Origin: Anaerolineales bacterium
Lineage (GTDB): Bacteria; Chloroflexota; Anaerolineae; Anaerolineales; UBA4823
Assembly (NCBI GenBank): GCA_049287485.1
Contig: JBAQFX010000232.1
Span: 2,918 to 66,917 of the forward strand
Length of the DNA stretch: 64,000 nucleotides
Direction: 5' to 3'
Of the stretch, positions 1 to 9,151 are shown in pieces. The stretch's first letter is position 1; each line of letters opens with the position of its first letter. The position numbers were made by a program, and so were the translations under genes. The notes beneath the pieces are model-generated. The model was not told the DNA's origin and did no database searches. It worked only from the letters and a program-made list of their open reading frames with translations.

Positions 1-645
1 CTCATCCGCCACGGTCAAACGGACTACAACAAAAAGATGCATCTCCCAGGGCGGTTGCCCAACGTACACTTAAATATAAATGGCCAGCAACAAGCCCAGC
101 TGGTGGCAAACATACTGAAGAGTGCCCCCATTAAGGCTATCTACTCCAGCCCCCTGGAACGCACCCTGGAAACTGCACAACCCCTGGCAGAAGCCTTAAA
201 ATTGCAGGTTATCCCAATCCCGGGTCTACTGGAGACGGATTGCGGTGAATGGCAGGGACAATCGGTAAAAAAACTGCGCCAGCAGAAAATCTGGAAATCC
301 GTCCAGCAGCATCCTTCCTTGTTCCATTTCCCGGGAGGTGAGTCCATTGCCGAATGCCAGCATCGCATGGTGCAGGTGCTCGAAACCTTGCGTTTGAAAC
401 ATGCAGAGCAAGATTTAGTGGTATGTTTTAGCCACGCTGACCCCATCAAACAAGTGGTGGCTTATTATTTGGGCTTACCCCTGGATAACTTCCAGCGCTT
501 AAGCATCGATACTGCCTCCATCACCGCCTTACAGATCTCCGAAAGCGGCAGCCGGCTGATCATGTTGAATAATAATCCTTCTTTCACATGGGAGGCGCTG
601 CAACCCGCCACAAAACCTGAGCCAAAACCAACGACAAAACCCTGA
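1..645 (+). CDS. histidine phosphatase (phosphoglycerate-mutase-like) family protein, MSMEG_4193-type putative phosphomutase; 5' end lies outside the window
   Basis: Frame 1 is open from nt 1 and starts LIRHGQTDYN, the RHG catalytic motif of the histidine-phosphatase superfamily. The ATG at 37 in the ORF track is internal. It is the first gene of the phosphomutase/DUF3090/SCO1664 trio. Confidence 0.7.
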   Translation, partial: LIRHGQTDYNKKMHLPGRLPNVHLNINGQQQAQLVANILKSAPIKAIYSSPLERTLETAQPLAEALKLQVIPIPGLLETDCGEWQGQSVKKLRQQKIWKSVQQHPSLFHFPGGESIAECQHRMVQVLETLRLKHAEQDLVVCFSHADPIKQVVAYYLGLPLDNFQRLSIDTASITALQISESGSRLIMLNNNPSFTWEALQPATKPEPKPTTKP

Positions 646-692
646 GCCACCTTACGAAATCATTCCAGCAAAATTATTGGTATACTTCAAGC

Positions 693-1220
693 ATGACGAC
701 TGATGATATTGACCTCCATCCCGTTGACCACCTCTCGATCGATGCCTTGGGTCAACCGGGAAAGCGTGTCTTTTATATCCAGGGTTGGCAGGGCGAGCGA
801 ACTGTGACCCTGATCATTGAAAAGCTCCAGTTGCAAACCCTGGCGGTTGGTATTGAACAATTCCTGGCAGAAGTTCAGGAAAAAGTATCCAACCTGAAGG
901 AAGCTTCCTCTGAATACGATGAAGAACAGATGCACATTCACCCACCTGTCGACCCACTCTTCCGGGTGGGTGAGTTTGGCCTGGGGTACGATGCTGAAAA
1001 TGACCTGATGGTTCTTGTGGCACGTGAATTAATGCCGGAGGGCACCCCTCCCGAAGAGGGAGGTGTGGTGCGTTTCTGGTGCACGCGTGACCAGTTACGG
1101 GCTCTAGCGCGCTGGGGTATTGAGGTTGTCTCGCGCGGGCGCCCGATTTGCCCCCAATGTGGCGAATCAATGGACCCCGAAGGGCATTTCTGTCCCAAGA
1201 AAAATGGGCATAAACATTAA
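693..1220 (+). CDS. DUF3090 family protein
   Basis: 175-aa ORF with a GQPGKRVFYIQG...IEKLQ core. The C-terminal CPQCG-x7-GHFCPKKNGH zinc-ribbon-like tail matches DUF3090 (TIGR03847) as I recall it. Position between the phosphomutase and the SCO1664-like kinase supports the call. Confidence 0.65.
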   Translation: MTTDDIDLHPVDHLSIDALGQPGKRVFYIQGWQGERTVTLIIEKLQLQTLAVGIEQFLAEVQEKVSNLKEASSEYDEEQMHIHPPVDPLFRVGEFGLGYDAENDLMVLVARELMPEGTPPEEGGVVRFWCTRDQLRALARWGIEVVSRGRPICPQCGESMDPEGHFCPKKNGHKH

Positions 1221-1257
1221 TCGACCCACCAACACCCCGGGATAAATTGACCATATC

Positions 1258-1336
1258 GTAATTACTCATCCATCACCGTATATTTTATCTATCTTATGAT
1301 GATCAGCAAGAAAGGGGTGAGGGCGTGAGTAATTAC
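1258..1336. repeat. 79-bp mini-element bounded by 11-bp terminal inverted repeats GTAATTACTCA / TGAGTAATTAC
   Basis: GTAATTACTCA at 1258-1268 and its exact reverse complement at 1326-1336. The right end (revcomp GTAATTACTCACGCCCTCACCCCTTT) matches the repeat family at 11788, 20516 and 49832. Confidence 0.55.
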
Positions 1337-1368
1337 TATCATCCCAAGCAGGTCAGGCGTATATTGAG

Positions 1369-2097
1369 ATGCCAGGGTTAGAAACGCCAAATGTCTTAAA
1401 TGTGCTTCAAAATGGCGAAATCACCATCAAAGGGGAATTCGTCTGGGGTTCCAATTACACCTTCCTGGCTGAAGTATGCATAAACGGAAATAAGGTCCTT
1501 AGCGTGTATAAACCCAGTCGGGGAGAACGCCCATTATGGGATTTCCCTGCCTCCAGTCTGGCACGCCGCGAAACCGCGGCTTATGTGGTGAGTGAAGCCT
1601 TGGGTTGGGAGCTTGTGCCACCCACGGTTTACCGCAAGCAAGCGCCTATCGGTCCTGGTTCATTGCAGCTCTACATCGAGCATGATCCTGAGCTGCATTA
1701 CTTTACCCTGGACGAAGCTGACCGCCAGCGCCTGCGCCCGGTAGTCTTGTTTGACTTGCTGATCAACAATGCTGACCGCAAAGGCAGCCATTTGTTATTT
1801 GATAAAAACCATCACCTGTGGTTGATCGATCATGGCATCTGTTTCCACACCGAAGATAAACTGCGTACGGTCATCTGGGATTTCGCTGGTCAACCTATCC
1901 CAGAGGAACTGTGCCAGGATTTAGCTAACTTTCGCCAGCAGCTCGAGCCTCCCGCCGGTTTATTCAAAGAGCTACAAGCTCTGCTCAACCAAAAAGAGAT
2001 CAAAGCCCTGGCTACTCGCGCTGAGCACCTGGTCTCTCTTAGCCAGTTCCCCGAGCCCAACCCTGATGAACGTAGCTTCCCATGGCCGCTGTTGTGA
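1369..2097 (+). CDS. SCO1664 family protein (PI3/PI4-kinase-like fold, putative kinase)
   Basis: Motifs VYKPSRGERPLWDFP, RETAAYVVSEALGW, NNADRKGSHLL and IDHGICF (kinase catalytic-loop and DxG-like). Third gene of the conserved trio. Confidence 0.65.
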   Translation: MPGLETPNVLNVLQNGEITIKGEFVWGSNYTFLAEVCINGNKVLSVYKPSRGERPLWDFPASSLARRETAAYVVSEALGWELVPPTVYRKQAPIGPGSLQLYIEHDPELHYFTLDEADRQRLRPVVLFDLLINNADRKGSHLLFDKNHHLWLIDHGICFHTEDKLRTVIWDFAGQPIPEELCQDLANFRQQLEPPAGLFKELQALLNQKEIKALATRAEHLVSLSQFPEPNPDERSFPWPLL

Positions 2098-2101
2098 GAA
2101 C

Positions 2102-3127
2102 ATGAAACATCAAAAAATCGCTTTGCTGGGTTTTGGTAATGTCGGGCAAGCCTTTGCCCGCCTGCTCCAACGCAAAAGAGATCTGTTGCTTCAAGATTAT
2201 GGTCTCGAATTCTACCTAACCGCCATCGCCACTGCCCAGCACGGCATGGCTATCGACCCCCGCGGTATCGAAATTGAAAGAGCCTTGCAGGTCATCTCCG
2301 CTAGCGGAAATCTCAACGAACTATCCACCATAAAACTATCGGATGATCCTTTTAAGTTCATCCGCCTTTGTGAGGCTGATGTACTCTTTGAGAACACACC
2401 GGTCAACTATGAAAATGGTCAACCTGCGGTGAGTTTCCTCCACACTGCTATGGAGATGGGTATGCATGTCATCACTGCCAATAAAGGACCCGTGGTGCAT
2501 GCCTATCAGCAATTGACCGACCTGGCAGCAAAACACGGTCGAAAATTTTATTTCGAGTCAGCTGTCATGGATGGCGCACCCATCTTCTCCCTGTTCCGCC
2601 AAAGCCTTCCGGCAGTCAATCTGCATGGCTTCACGGGTATCCTGAACTCCACCACCAACCTGATCCTCGCCCGTATGGAGACCGGGGAGACCATGCCCGA
2701 AGCTATCGCATATGCGCAATCAATCGGCATTGCCGAGACCGATCCCTCCGGTGATGTCGATGGTTGGGACGCGGCAGTAAAGGTCGCTGCCCTGGTGACC
2801 GTTCTGATGGGCACTCCGCTTAAACCCAGCCAGGTTCACCGCACAGGTATTCGTCATCTGAGCTCTATGGATATAGACCAGGCTCGCCAACAAGGGTTGC
2901 GCTGGAAGCTTGTCTGCACCGCCCGTCGTGAGGCTGGCCAGGTGGTTGCACGGGTTTCCCCCCAGCTAGTAACTCCTGATTCACCCCTTTACGGAGTAAA
3001 TGGCACCAGCAGCATCGTGAACTTTGAGACCGATGTGCTGCCCCAGCTTTCCATCATCGAAGGCAACCCTGGGCCAGAAACCACTGCTTATGGCTTACTG
3101 GCAGATTTTATTAACCTCTACAAGTAG
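2102..3127 (+). CDS. homoserine dehydrogenase family protein (no ACT domain)
   Basis: N-terminal Rossmann motif KIALLGFGNVGQAF, plus ITANKGP and ESAVMDGAPIF. ATG 2102 is preferred over the track start 2066, which overlaps the upstream gene. Confidence 0.65.
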   Translation: MKHQKIALLGFGNVGQAFARLLQRKRDLLLQDYGLEFYLTAIATAQHGMAIDPRGIEIERALQVISASGNLNELSTIKLSDDPFKFIRLCEADVLFENTPVNYENGQPAVSFLHTAMEMGMHVITANKGPVVHAYQQLTDLAAKHGRKFYFESAVMDGAPIFSLFRQSLPAVNLHGFTGILNSTTNLILARMETGETMPEAIAYAQSIGIAETDPSGDVDGWDAAVKVAALVTVLMGTPLKPSQVHRTGIRHLSSMDIDQARQQGLRWKLVCTARREAGQVVARVSPQLVTPDSPLYGVNGTSSIVNFETDVLPQLSIIEGNPGPETTAYGLLADFINLYK

Positions 3128-3163
3128 CAAAAATGACCACACACCCATAGAAAAGGAGGGAAT

Positions 3164-4015
3164 ATGTTCTACGGTATCTATACCCCCAATTTCGGCGCCG
3201 AGACCACCCCCCGTCTACTGGCTGACCTGGCAGCAGAAGCAGAACAGGCTGGTTGGGATGGCTTCTTCTTATGGGATCATATGGTCTATAGCCTGAACCA
3301 GAAGCTCCCCCTTTATGACCCCTGGGTAGCCCTGGCAGGCATAGCCATGCGCACCGAGCGATTGCGCCTCGGCACCACCGTCACTCCACTTGCCCGTCGC
3401 CGCCCATGGAAACTGGCGCGCGAAACGGTCACGCTCGATCATCTCTCTGCTGGCAGGCTGATTCTCGGCGTGGGGGTAGGCGACCCCGACGAGGCTGACT
3501 ATGGCACCTTTGGCGAGCCCACCGATCCCAGGATTCGGGCTGCCATGCTGGATGAGGGATTGGAAATCCTTAATGGCTTGTGGAGTGGTAAACCATTTTC
3601 ATACAAAGGCAGTCATTACCAGTTAAAGAAATGCACCTTCCTCCCCACGCCAGTGCAGACGCCGCGCATCCCTATCTGGGTGGGGGGTTTTTGGCCTCAC
3701 CCACGCCCCTTTCAGCGGGCTGCACGCTGGGATGGAGCCTTCCCGCTTAACTCTGGAGGTCCTTTCACCCCACCACCCAATACATTGCGCCAGATTCATG
3801 AGTACATCACGCAACACCGTACTACCCCGGCGCCCTTTGACCTGGTCATCATGGGCACCACTTCCGGTAATGACCTCAAGGCTGCCCGTAAAAAGCTGTC
3901 TGCTTATGCAGAGACAGGTCTGACCTGGTGGTTGGAATCACTATATCGTTGGCGCAACTCGATTAACCTCATGCGCCAACGCATCCGCCAGGGACCACCC
4001 CGGTTCGATGGATGA
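3164..4015 (+). CDS. LLM-class (luciferase-like) flavin/F420-dependent oxidoreductase
   Basis: 283 aa. The N-terminus ...LAAEAEQAGWDGFFLWDH... is typical of LLM TIM-barrel oxidoreductases. GGAGGG RBS lies upstream. Confidence 0.6.
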   Translation: MFYGIYTPNFGAETTPRLLADLAAEAEQAGWDGFFLWDHMVYSLNQKLPLYDPWVALAGIAMRTERLRLGTTVTPLARRRPWKLARETVTLDHLSAGRLILGVGVGDPDEADYGTFGEPTDPRIRAAMLDEGLEILNGLWSGKPFSYKGSHYQLKKCTFLPTPVQTPRIPIWVGGFWPHPRPFQRAARWDGAFPLNSGGPFTPPPNTLRQIHEYITQHRTTPAPFDLVIMGTTSGNDLKAARKKLSAYAETGLTWWLESLYRWRNSINLMRQRIRQGPPRFDG

Positions 4016-4045
4016 GGTTGTGAGTTTTCACCTGGGAGATACAAC

Positions 4046-4543
4046 ATGTCGATTGGACGTTTTTATGCTGGCATCGCTGCAGTGATTTGGTCACCAGAGA
4101 CTGAACGGTATTTACTGCTGCGCCGCTCTGAGAACAAGGATTATGCCCGCGGAGCCTGGGAATGCGTTACCGGGCGGGTTGATCAGGGCGAGGGTTTCGA
4201 AGACGCTCTGCATCGCGAGGTACATGAAGAGCTGGGAGTGGAAGTGCAGATTGAAATGATCCTGGGAACCACCCATTTCTATCGAGGCATGGCTATCCCA
4301 GAAAATGAGTTGGTAGGGGTAGTCTATCTTTGCTCCCTTAAAAACCCAGACTCCATCCGGATTAGCTCGGAACACTCTGAATTTCGCTGGCTGTCGGCAA
4401 AACAGGCGACCGCTCTACTGACTGCTACCGACCCCAGCACCCAGTGGGCCAGGCGCGTGATTGAGCGGGCAGAAAAGCTTCGCCCCATGCTTTCACCTGA
4501 TTTGGTCAGATATCAAAGCCAATTTGGCATTGAGCTTGGATAA
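4046..4543 (+). CDS. NUDIX hydrolase
   Basis: Nudix box GRVDQGEGFEDALHREVHEELG (Gx5Ex7REUxEExGU). Confidence 0.8.
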   Translation: MSIGRFYAGIAAVIWSPETERYLLLRRSENKDYARGAWECVTGRVDQGEGFEDALHREVHEELGVEVQIEMILGTTHFYRGMAIPENELVGVVYLCSLKNPDSIRISSEHSEFRWLSAKQATALLTATDPSTQWARRVIERAEKLRPMLSPDLVRYQSQFGIELG

Positions 4544-4617
4544 ACTAACTCATTATCGAATATCTGCAAAACATTAACCAGGTTTGTCCCTTCACCAAAC
4601 GTCAGCCTGAAGGGGAA

Positions 4618-5349
4618 TTATGAAATTCTCTTGCGAAAAAAGATAGATTGTGGGGCTTCGCTTTCGGTTATCTCTAAATGCATCGCCTTAATAGTCTCTT
4701 CCAATAAATGCATCATCCTTACACGTTCCAATTTTGACTCGTTCGCCGGGTTGTAAGCAATGGGCTTACCCACTCTCACCCATCCGGCTTCGTGGACAGT
4801 GACGGGATAAAACAGCAATCGCTTGCCAGTCTCTTGGGCATACAACTCACCCAAACGTAAAAATCCGCGCTTGAATGGGCGTATCCCTGTCAGCGGGTCA
4901 GGCGGTTCGGCTTTGGCATCCTCGGGCACGATTAACAGGAACTTTCCTTGCTCCAGCAGAGAAATGCTGGCCTGAAACGTTGCCTGTTGTTCCTGATGGT
5001 CTTTCGGCACCGGGATGCATCCAACCGACAACAAGAATGGGATCGATATTTTACAGATACCCCTGGCAAGTACATCACTAAAAGGGGTGGTAAGCTTCAG
5101 CGTCGCCTCAACAAATTCCTTACGCACAGTTTCTGGCCCTTCAACCCTATCCACAGTTGCCCCAAGCACCCATGGGTAAAGGCGCATCGGTAGGGATGCG
5201 CATATCCCCACCGGCCCGATCGATCCCAGGTGATTGGCGACGATCACGCCTGGCCCTGCTTGAAGATTCTCACCTCCGCTTAGTTCACCATCCCACATGA
5301 AGGCTTCCAGGATGCTGACAATGAGATGATACGCCATGTCGTTTAACAT
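4618..5349 (-). CDS. lysophospholipid acyltransferase (PlsC-like) superfamily protein, divergent
   Basis: ANHLGSIGP (the H-x4 block, with the Asp not conserved) and LLIVPED (an FPEG-like block). It lies 9 nt downstream of the GT2 gene on the same strand. Confidence 0.4.
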   Translation of the reverse strand: MLNDMAYHLIVSILEAFMWDGELSGGENLQAGPGVIVANHLGSIGPVGICASLPMRLYPWVLGATVDRVEGPETVRKEFVEATLKLTTPFSDVLARGICKISIPFLLSVGCIPVPKDHQEQQATFQASISLLEQGKFLLIVPEDAKAEPPDPLTGIRPFKRGFLRLGELYAQETGKRLLFYPVTVHEAGWVRVGKPIAYNPANESKLERVRMMHLLEETIKAMHLEITESEAPQSIFFRKRIS

Positions 5350-5358
5350 GAGAGTAGT

Positions 5359-6054
5359 TTATTTCTCCCCTTTTCGAACATCCGGAAACTCATAGAATAA
5401 TGGTTTTGAGGTCAGATAAATAGTTATTACATTTATGAAGTATTTTATATCTGATGAAAATGATCCCGTGAACCTGCGCCCGGAGGTCATCACGAGGATA
5501 CTTTTATCAATTTTTATCCTTCCGGCTTTGCGCAGCTTCACGGTCAGCCAATAGTCCAGGGCTAAATTTACAGCTGGATCGATTCCACCGATGCGTTGAA
5601 TTGCTTCCCGACGTATGGCCATATTATTTCCGGGCAGAGCCTTGTTAAGGGAAAGCACACTTCGAGCAATGATGTTCAGAATGGGATTGAGGTCATAAAA
5701 GGTTAATTTTCCTCCCACCGCGATGACATCGCTCCCACTTAAAAAATGTCCTAAAATCTTGTTCAGCCAATCTGTAGGCACACGGCAATCCGCATCGGTG
5801 AAGGCGATGATATCAGCCTGTGCAACTTCAATCCCTTTTCGGATAGTGTGCACATAGCCTTTTTTCAACTCTTCTTCCACCCTCACACCTTTATCTAAGG
5901 CAATCTGCGAAGTTAAATCCGTGGAATGATTATCAATGACAATAATTTCATATTGATTTTTATCAAGGTCCTGACAAAGGAGAGAATCAAGACAGCCTGC
6001 GATTAATTCTTGCTCGTTATACGCAGGTACAATGATCGAAATCATCTGGCCCAT
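5359..6054 (-). CDS. glycosyltransferase family 2
   Basis: ISIIVPAYNEQ N-terminus, DNHSTD and TDADC motifs (GT-A DxD). Confidence 0.8.
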   Translation of the reverse strand: MGQMISIIVPAYNEQELIAGCLDSLLCQDLDKNQYEIIVIDNHSTDLTSQIALDKGVRVEEELKKGYVHTIRKGIEVAQADIIAFTDADCRVPTDWLNKILGHFLSGSDVIAVGGKLTFYDLNPILNIIARSVLSLNKALPGNNMAIRREAIQRIGGIDPAVNLALDYWLTVKLRKAGRIKIDKSILVMTSGRRFTGSFSSDIKYFINVITIYLTSKPLFYEFPDVRKGEK

Positions 6055-6184
6055 GTTTCCCCTCCGGTAATATAACCCTGGTGGTGCTCAATAGTTATTC
6101 CTGGCACAAAATGAACTGGTGATTTATCCGGAGTATAATTCTCCAATAATGACGCTCGTCAGGAAAATAGAAACGGAGGACACA

Positions 6185-7051
6185 ATGGATATTCCCAACT
6201 TGGAACATGTTACCCTCCCAACCAATGGTATCCGTCTGCATGTAGTGCAGAGTGGTTCACGTTATGGTGAATTGGTGATTTTATTACATGGTTTTCCTGA
6301 ATTTTGGTACGGTTGGCGGCATCAGATTCAACCCCTGACCGGTGCTGGCTTGCGTGTTTGGGTGCCAGACCAGCGCGGTTATAACCTGAGTGACAAACCT
6401 AAAGGTGTTGCTGCATACCGCCTTGATGAGCTCGCCAGGGATGTCCTTGGGTTAATCGATGCCGCAGGTGTGGAAAAATGTTACCTCGCCGGGCATGATT
6501 GGGGTGCAGCTGTTGCCTGGTGGGTTGCCTTACGCTACCCGGAGCGGATACATAAGCTAGCCACCCTCAACGTCCCTCACCCGGCGGTAATGATGAAAAC
6601 CTTGTTTAGCAGCTTCAACCAGCTCCGCCGAAGCTGGTATATGTTTTTCTTCCAGGTCCCATTTCTATCGGAAGGCATTTTGCGCAACAATGATTGGGAA
6701 TGGATGGTGAAAATTCTGCTGGGTGGCAGCAAACCTGGCTCGTTTACCGAGCAGGATATCGAGCAGTATCGCCGTGCCTGGTGGCGCAAGGATGCAATCA
6801 CCAGCATGCTCAACTGGTATCGTGCAGCCATCCAGATGCCCCCTGATATCAACGCTGACCTGCGCATCAGGGTGCCAACCCTGATGCTCTGGGGTGCACA
6901 GGATATTGCCCTAAGTCGACAGATGGCCCAACCCAGCCTGGATCTGTGCGATGACGGTGAGCTCGTTTTCTTTGAAGACTCAAGCCACTGGGTGCAGCAT
7001 GATGAAGCGGAAGCGGTGAATAAGCACCTGGTGGATTTCTTTTCCGCTTAA
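6185..7051 (+). CDS. alpha/beta hydrolase, epoxide-hydrolase/haloalkane-dehalogenase-like
   Basis: HGFPEFWYGWRHQ and the GHDWGA nucleophile elbow. GGAGG RBS lies 5 nt before ATG 6185; the track start 6119 is a non-ATG extension. Confidence 0.75.
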   Translation: MDIPNLEHVTLPTNGIRLHVVQSGSRYGELVILLHGFPEFWYGWRHQIQPLTGAGLRVWVPDQRGYNLSDKPKGVAAYRLDELARDVLGLIDAAGVEKCYLAGHDWGAAVAWWVALRYPERIHKLATLNVPHPAVMMKTLFSSFNQLRRSWYMFFFQVPFLSEGILRNNDWEWMVKILLGGSKPGSFTEQDIEQYRRAWWRKDAITSMLNWYRAAIQMPPDINADLRIRVPTLMLWGAQDIALSRQMAQPSLDLCDDGELVFFEDSSHWVQHDEAEAVNKHLVDFFSA

Positions 7052-7053
7052 GC

Positions 7054-7545
7054 ATGAACAGCCCCACTCCTGAACCTGCTCCCACCTACCTCCAGCTCCG
7101 CCAGCGCATTCTGGGCTTCAACCCTGATGAATTAGGGCTTAAACCCTCCCATCAGGCACCACATGTATGGGCTGTGCTGGTGGAAATGGGTTATGAAGTG
7201 GGAACTGCCACCCTGGTTTCACTGGCCGATGGCACCACCAGCCTGTATTACAGCACAGGAGGTGGCATGCTTGGCAGCGGTGAACATGCATCACTTGCTA
7301 AAGCTTCCATGGCATTCGTCGCCCATGCTGAAAACCTTTTAGAGTATATGTCACCCACGGATGACTTTCCCTTACCCGCACCAGGGCAGGTCAATTTCAT
7401 CCTGTTGACCTATTCCGGGACGTTTTCGCAGATCGCACCCGAAAAATCGCTCCAAAGCCGCAATCATCCACTTTCCCCGCTCTTTACCCATGCCCAGCAA
7501 ACGCTGACCCAATTGCGTCTTCTGGCTGAAAAGAAGCCAAACTAG
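7054..7545 (+). CDS. hypothetical protein
   Basis: 163-aa ORF packed 2 nt after the upstream stop and 2 nt before the next start. No motif recognised. Confidence 0.5.
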   Translation: MNSPTPEPAPTYLQLRQRILGFNPDELGLKPSHQAPHVWAVLVEMGYEVGTATLVSLADGTTSLYYSTGGGMLGSGEHASLAKASMAFVAHAENLLEYMSPTDDFPLPAPGQVNFILLTYSGTFSQIAPEKSLQSRNHPLSPLFTHAQQTLTQLRLLAEKKPN

Positions 7546-7547
7546 CC

Positions 7548-8489
7548 ATGTCAACCGTAGAATTCGATGTGGTCACGGGTGCCTTTGGCTTTTCTGGGAA
7601 ATACATCACCCGCAGGTTGCTGGACATGGGCCATACCGTCCGCACGTTGACCAATTCCTTCAGCCGTCCCCATCCATTTGGCAATCAGGTGCAGACCTTC
7701 CCCTACCACTTTGATGACCCCGCAAAACTGACCGATACACTGCGCGGGGCAGCTGTGCTTTACAACACCTATTGGGTGCGCTTCGATTACAGCACTTTCT
7801 CCCAAGCAAAGACCATCGAGAACAGCGTCACCTTATTTACTGCTGCCAAAAGAGGTGGTGTGAAACGAGTCGTCCACATCAGCATCACCAATCCCTCCGA
7901 AGCTTCCTCACTCCCCTATTTCAGCGGTAAAGCCCGCCTGGAGCGTGCTTTGATCGAGTCAGGTTTATCCTATGCTATCCTGCGTCCTGCGGTATTATTT
8001 GGCAAGGAAGACATCCTGATCAACAATATCGCCTGGACCCTGCGACATTTGCCTGTTTTCGGAGTTTTTGGCGATGGCAATTACCGCCTCCAGCCCATCT
8101 ATGTGGACGATCTGGCTAAATTGGCTGTCGAACAGGGTCAGGCAGGATCCAGCCAGGTCATCGACGCCATCGGGCCTGAGACGTTCACCTACCGCGAGCT
8201 GGTGCATAGCATCGGTAAAATGATCGGCAAAAACCGGCCTATCTTCTCCGTTCCGCCCATCCTCGGTTATTGGGCAGGTTGGCTCATCGGTCAGTTGGTG
8301 GGAGACGTTATGCTCACTCGTGATGAGATTGCCGGCCTGATGCAAGATCTTTTATGTACCAGCGCACCCCCTGTGGGCACAACCTGCCTTACTGAGTGGG
8401 TGAAAGAATACGCCTCCTCGCTCGGCTTGCATTATGCCAGCGAGCTGAAACGACGCCTCCATCGGGACAGTTCTTATGAAAACCTTTAA
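7548..8489 (+). CDS. NAD(P)H-binding atypical SDR / NmrA-like epimerase-dehydratase family protein
   Basis: VVTGAFGFSGKY glycine-rich dinucleotide motif at the N-terminus; 313 aa. Confidence 0.7.
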   Translation: MSTVEFDVVTGAFGFSGKYITRRLLDMGHTVRTLTNSFSRPHPFGNQVQTFPYHFDDPAKLTDTLRGAAVLYNTYWVRFDYSTFSQAKTIENSVTLFTAAKRGGVKRVVHISITNPSEASSLPYFSGKARLERALIESGLSYAILRPAVLFGKEDILINNIAWTLRHLPVFGVFGDGNYRLQPIYVDDLAKLAVEQGQAGSSQVIDAIGPETFTYRELVHSIGKMIGKNRPIFSVPPILGYWAGWLIGQLVGDVMLTRDEIAGLMQDLLCTSAPPVGTTCLTEWVKEYASSLGLHYASELKRRLHRDSSYENL

Positions 8490-8570
8490 CCCGGCAAGTT
8501 GAACCTGGGTGTAAAATCGCTCACATCGCATATGGAGTCACAAAAGGCTGAATTAACCGGAACAGATCCT

Positions 8571-9110
8571 ATGAATATTGAAATCAGTCCCGCCAACGTG
8601 GCAGAGCGCCCCATCCTGCGCCACCTGATGGAATTGTACTTGTACGATTTCAGCGAGTTCGATGATGCTGACCCGGGGCCTTCAGGCTTATACGAGTACC
8701 CCTATCTCGACCACTATTGGGTCGAGCCGGAACGCTCACCTTTCCTTGTGCGCCTGGATGGCAACCTGGCTGGTTTTGTGCTGGTGGCACGCTACAATTA
8801 CCTGACCGGTTTCAAGGATAATTGGGTCATAGCAGAGTTCTTCATCATGCGTAAATACCGCCACCAGGGCGTGGGCGAGCATGTTACCTGTACCATCTTT
8901 GACCAATTCCCCGGTGACTGGCAGGTGGGCCAGATCAACGAAAACACCCCGGCGACCCTGTTCTGGCGCAAAGTGATCTCCCGCTATACACATGGCCAGT
9001 TCCAGGAGCATATGCTGAATAATGATCACTGGCATGGTACCGTCCAGGCATTCGTTTCTTCGCCTTCAACAGCTTCTCCACCGTCTGGAGAACAGGCTGC
9101 AGAACCCTGA
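8571..9110 (+). CDS. GNAT family N-acetyltransferase
   Basis: RKYRHQGVGEH acetyl-CoA-binding motif. ATG 8571 (MNIEISP...) is preferred over the non-ATG track start. Confidence 0.65.
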   Translation: MNIEISPANVAERPILRHLMELYLYDFSEFDDADPGPSGLYEYPYLDHYWVEPERSPFLVRLDGNLAGFVLVARYNYLTGFKDNWVIAEFFIMRKYRHQGVGEHVTCTIFDQFPGDWQVGQINENTPATLFWRKVISRYTHGQFQEHMLNNDHWHGTVQAFVSSPSTASPPSGEQAAEP

Positions 9111-9151
9111 TTCAGCCATGATCATCCCTTTCTGTGGGAGCAAGAGCTAGC

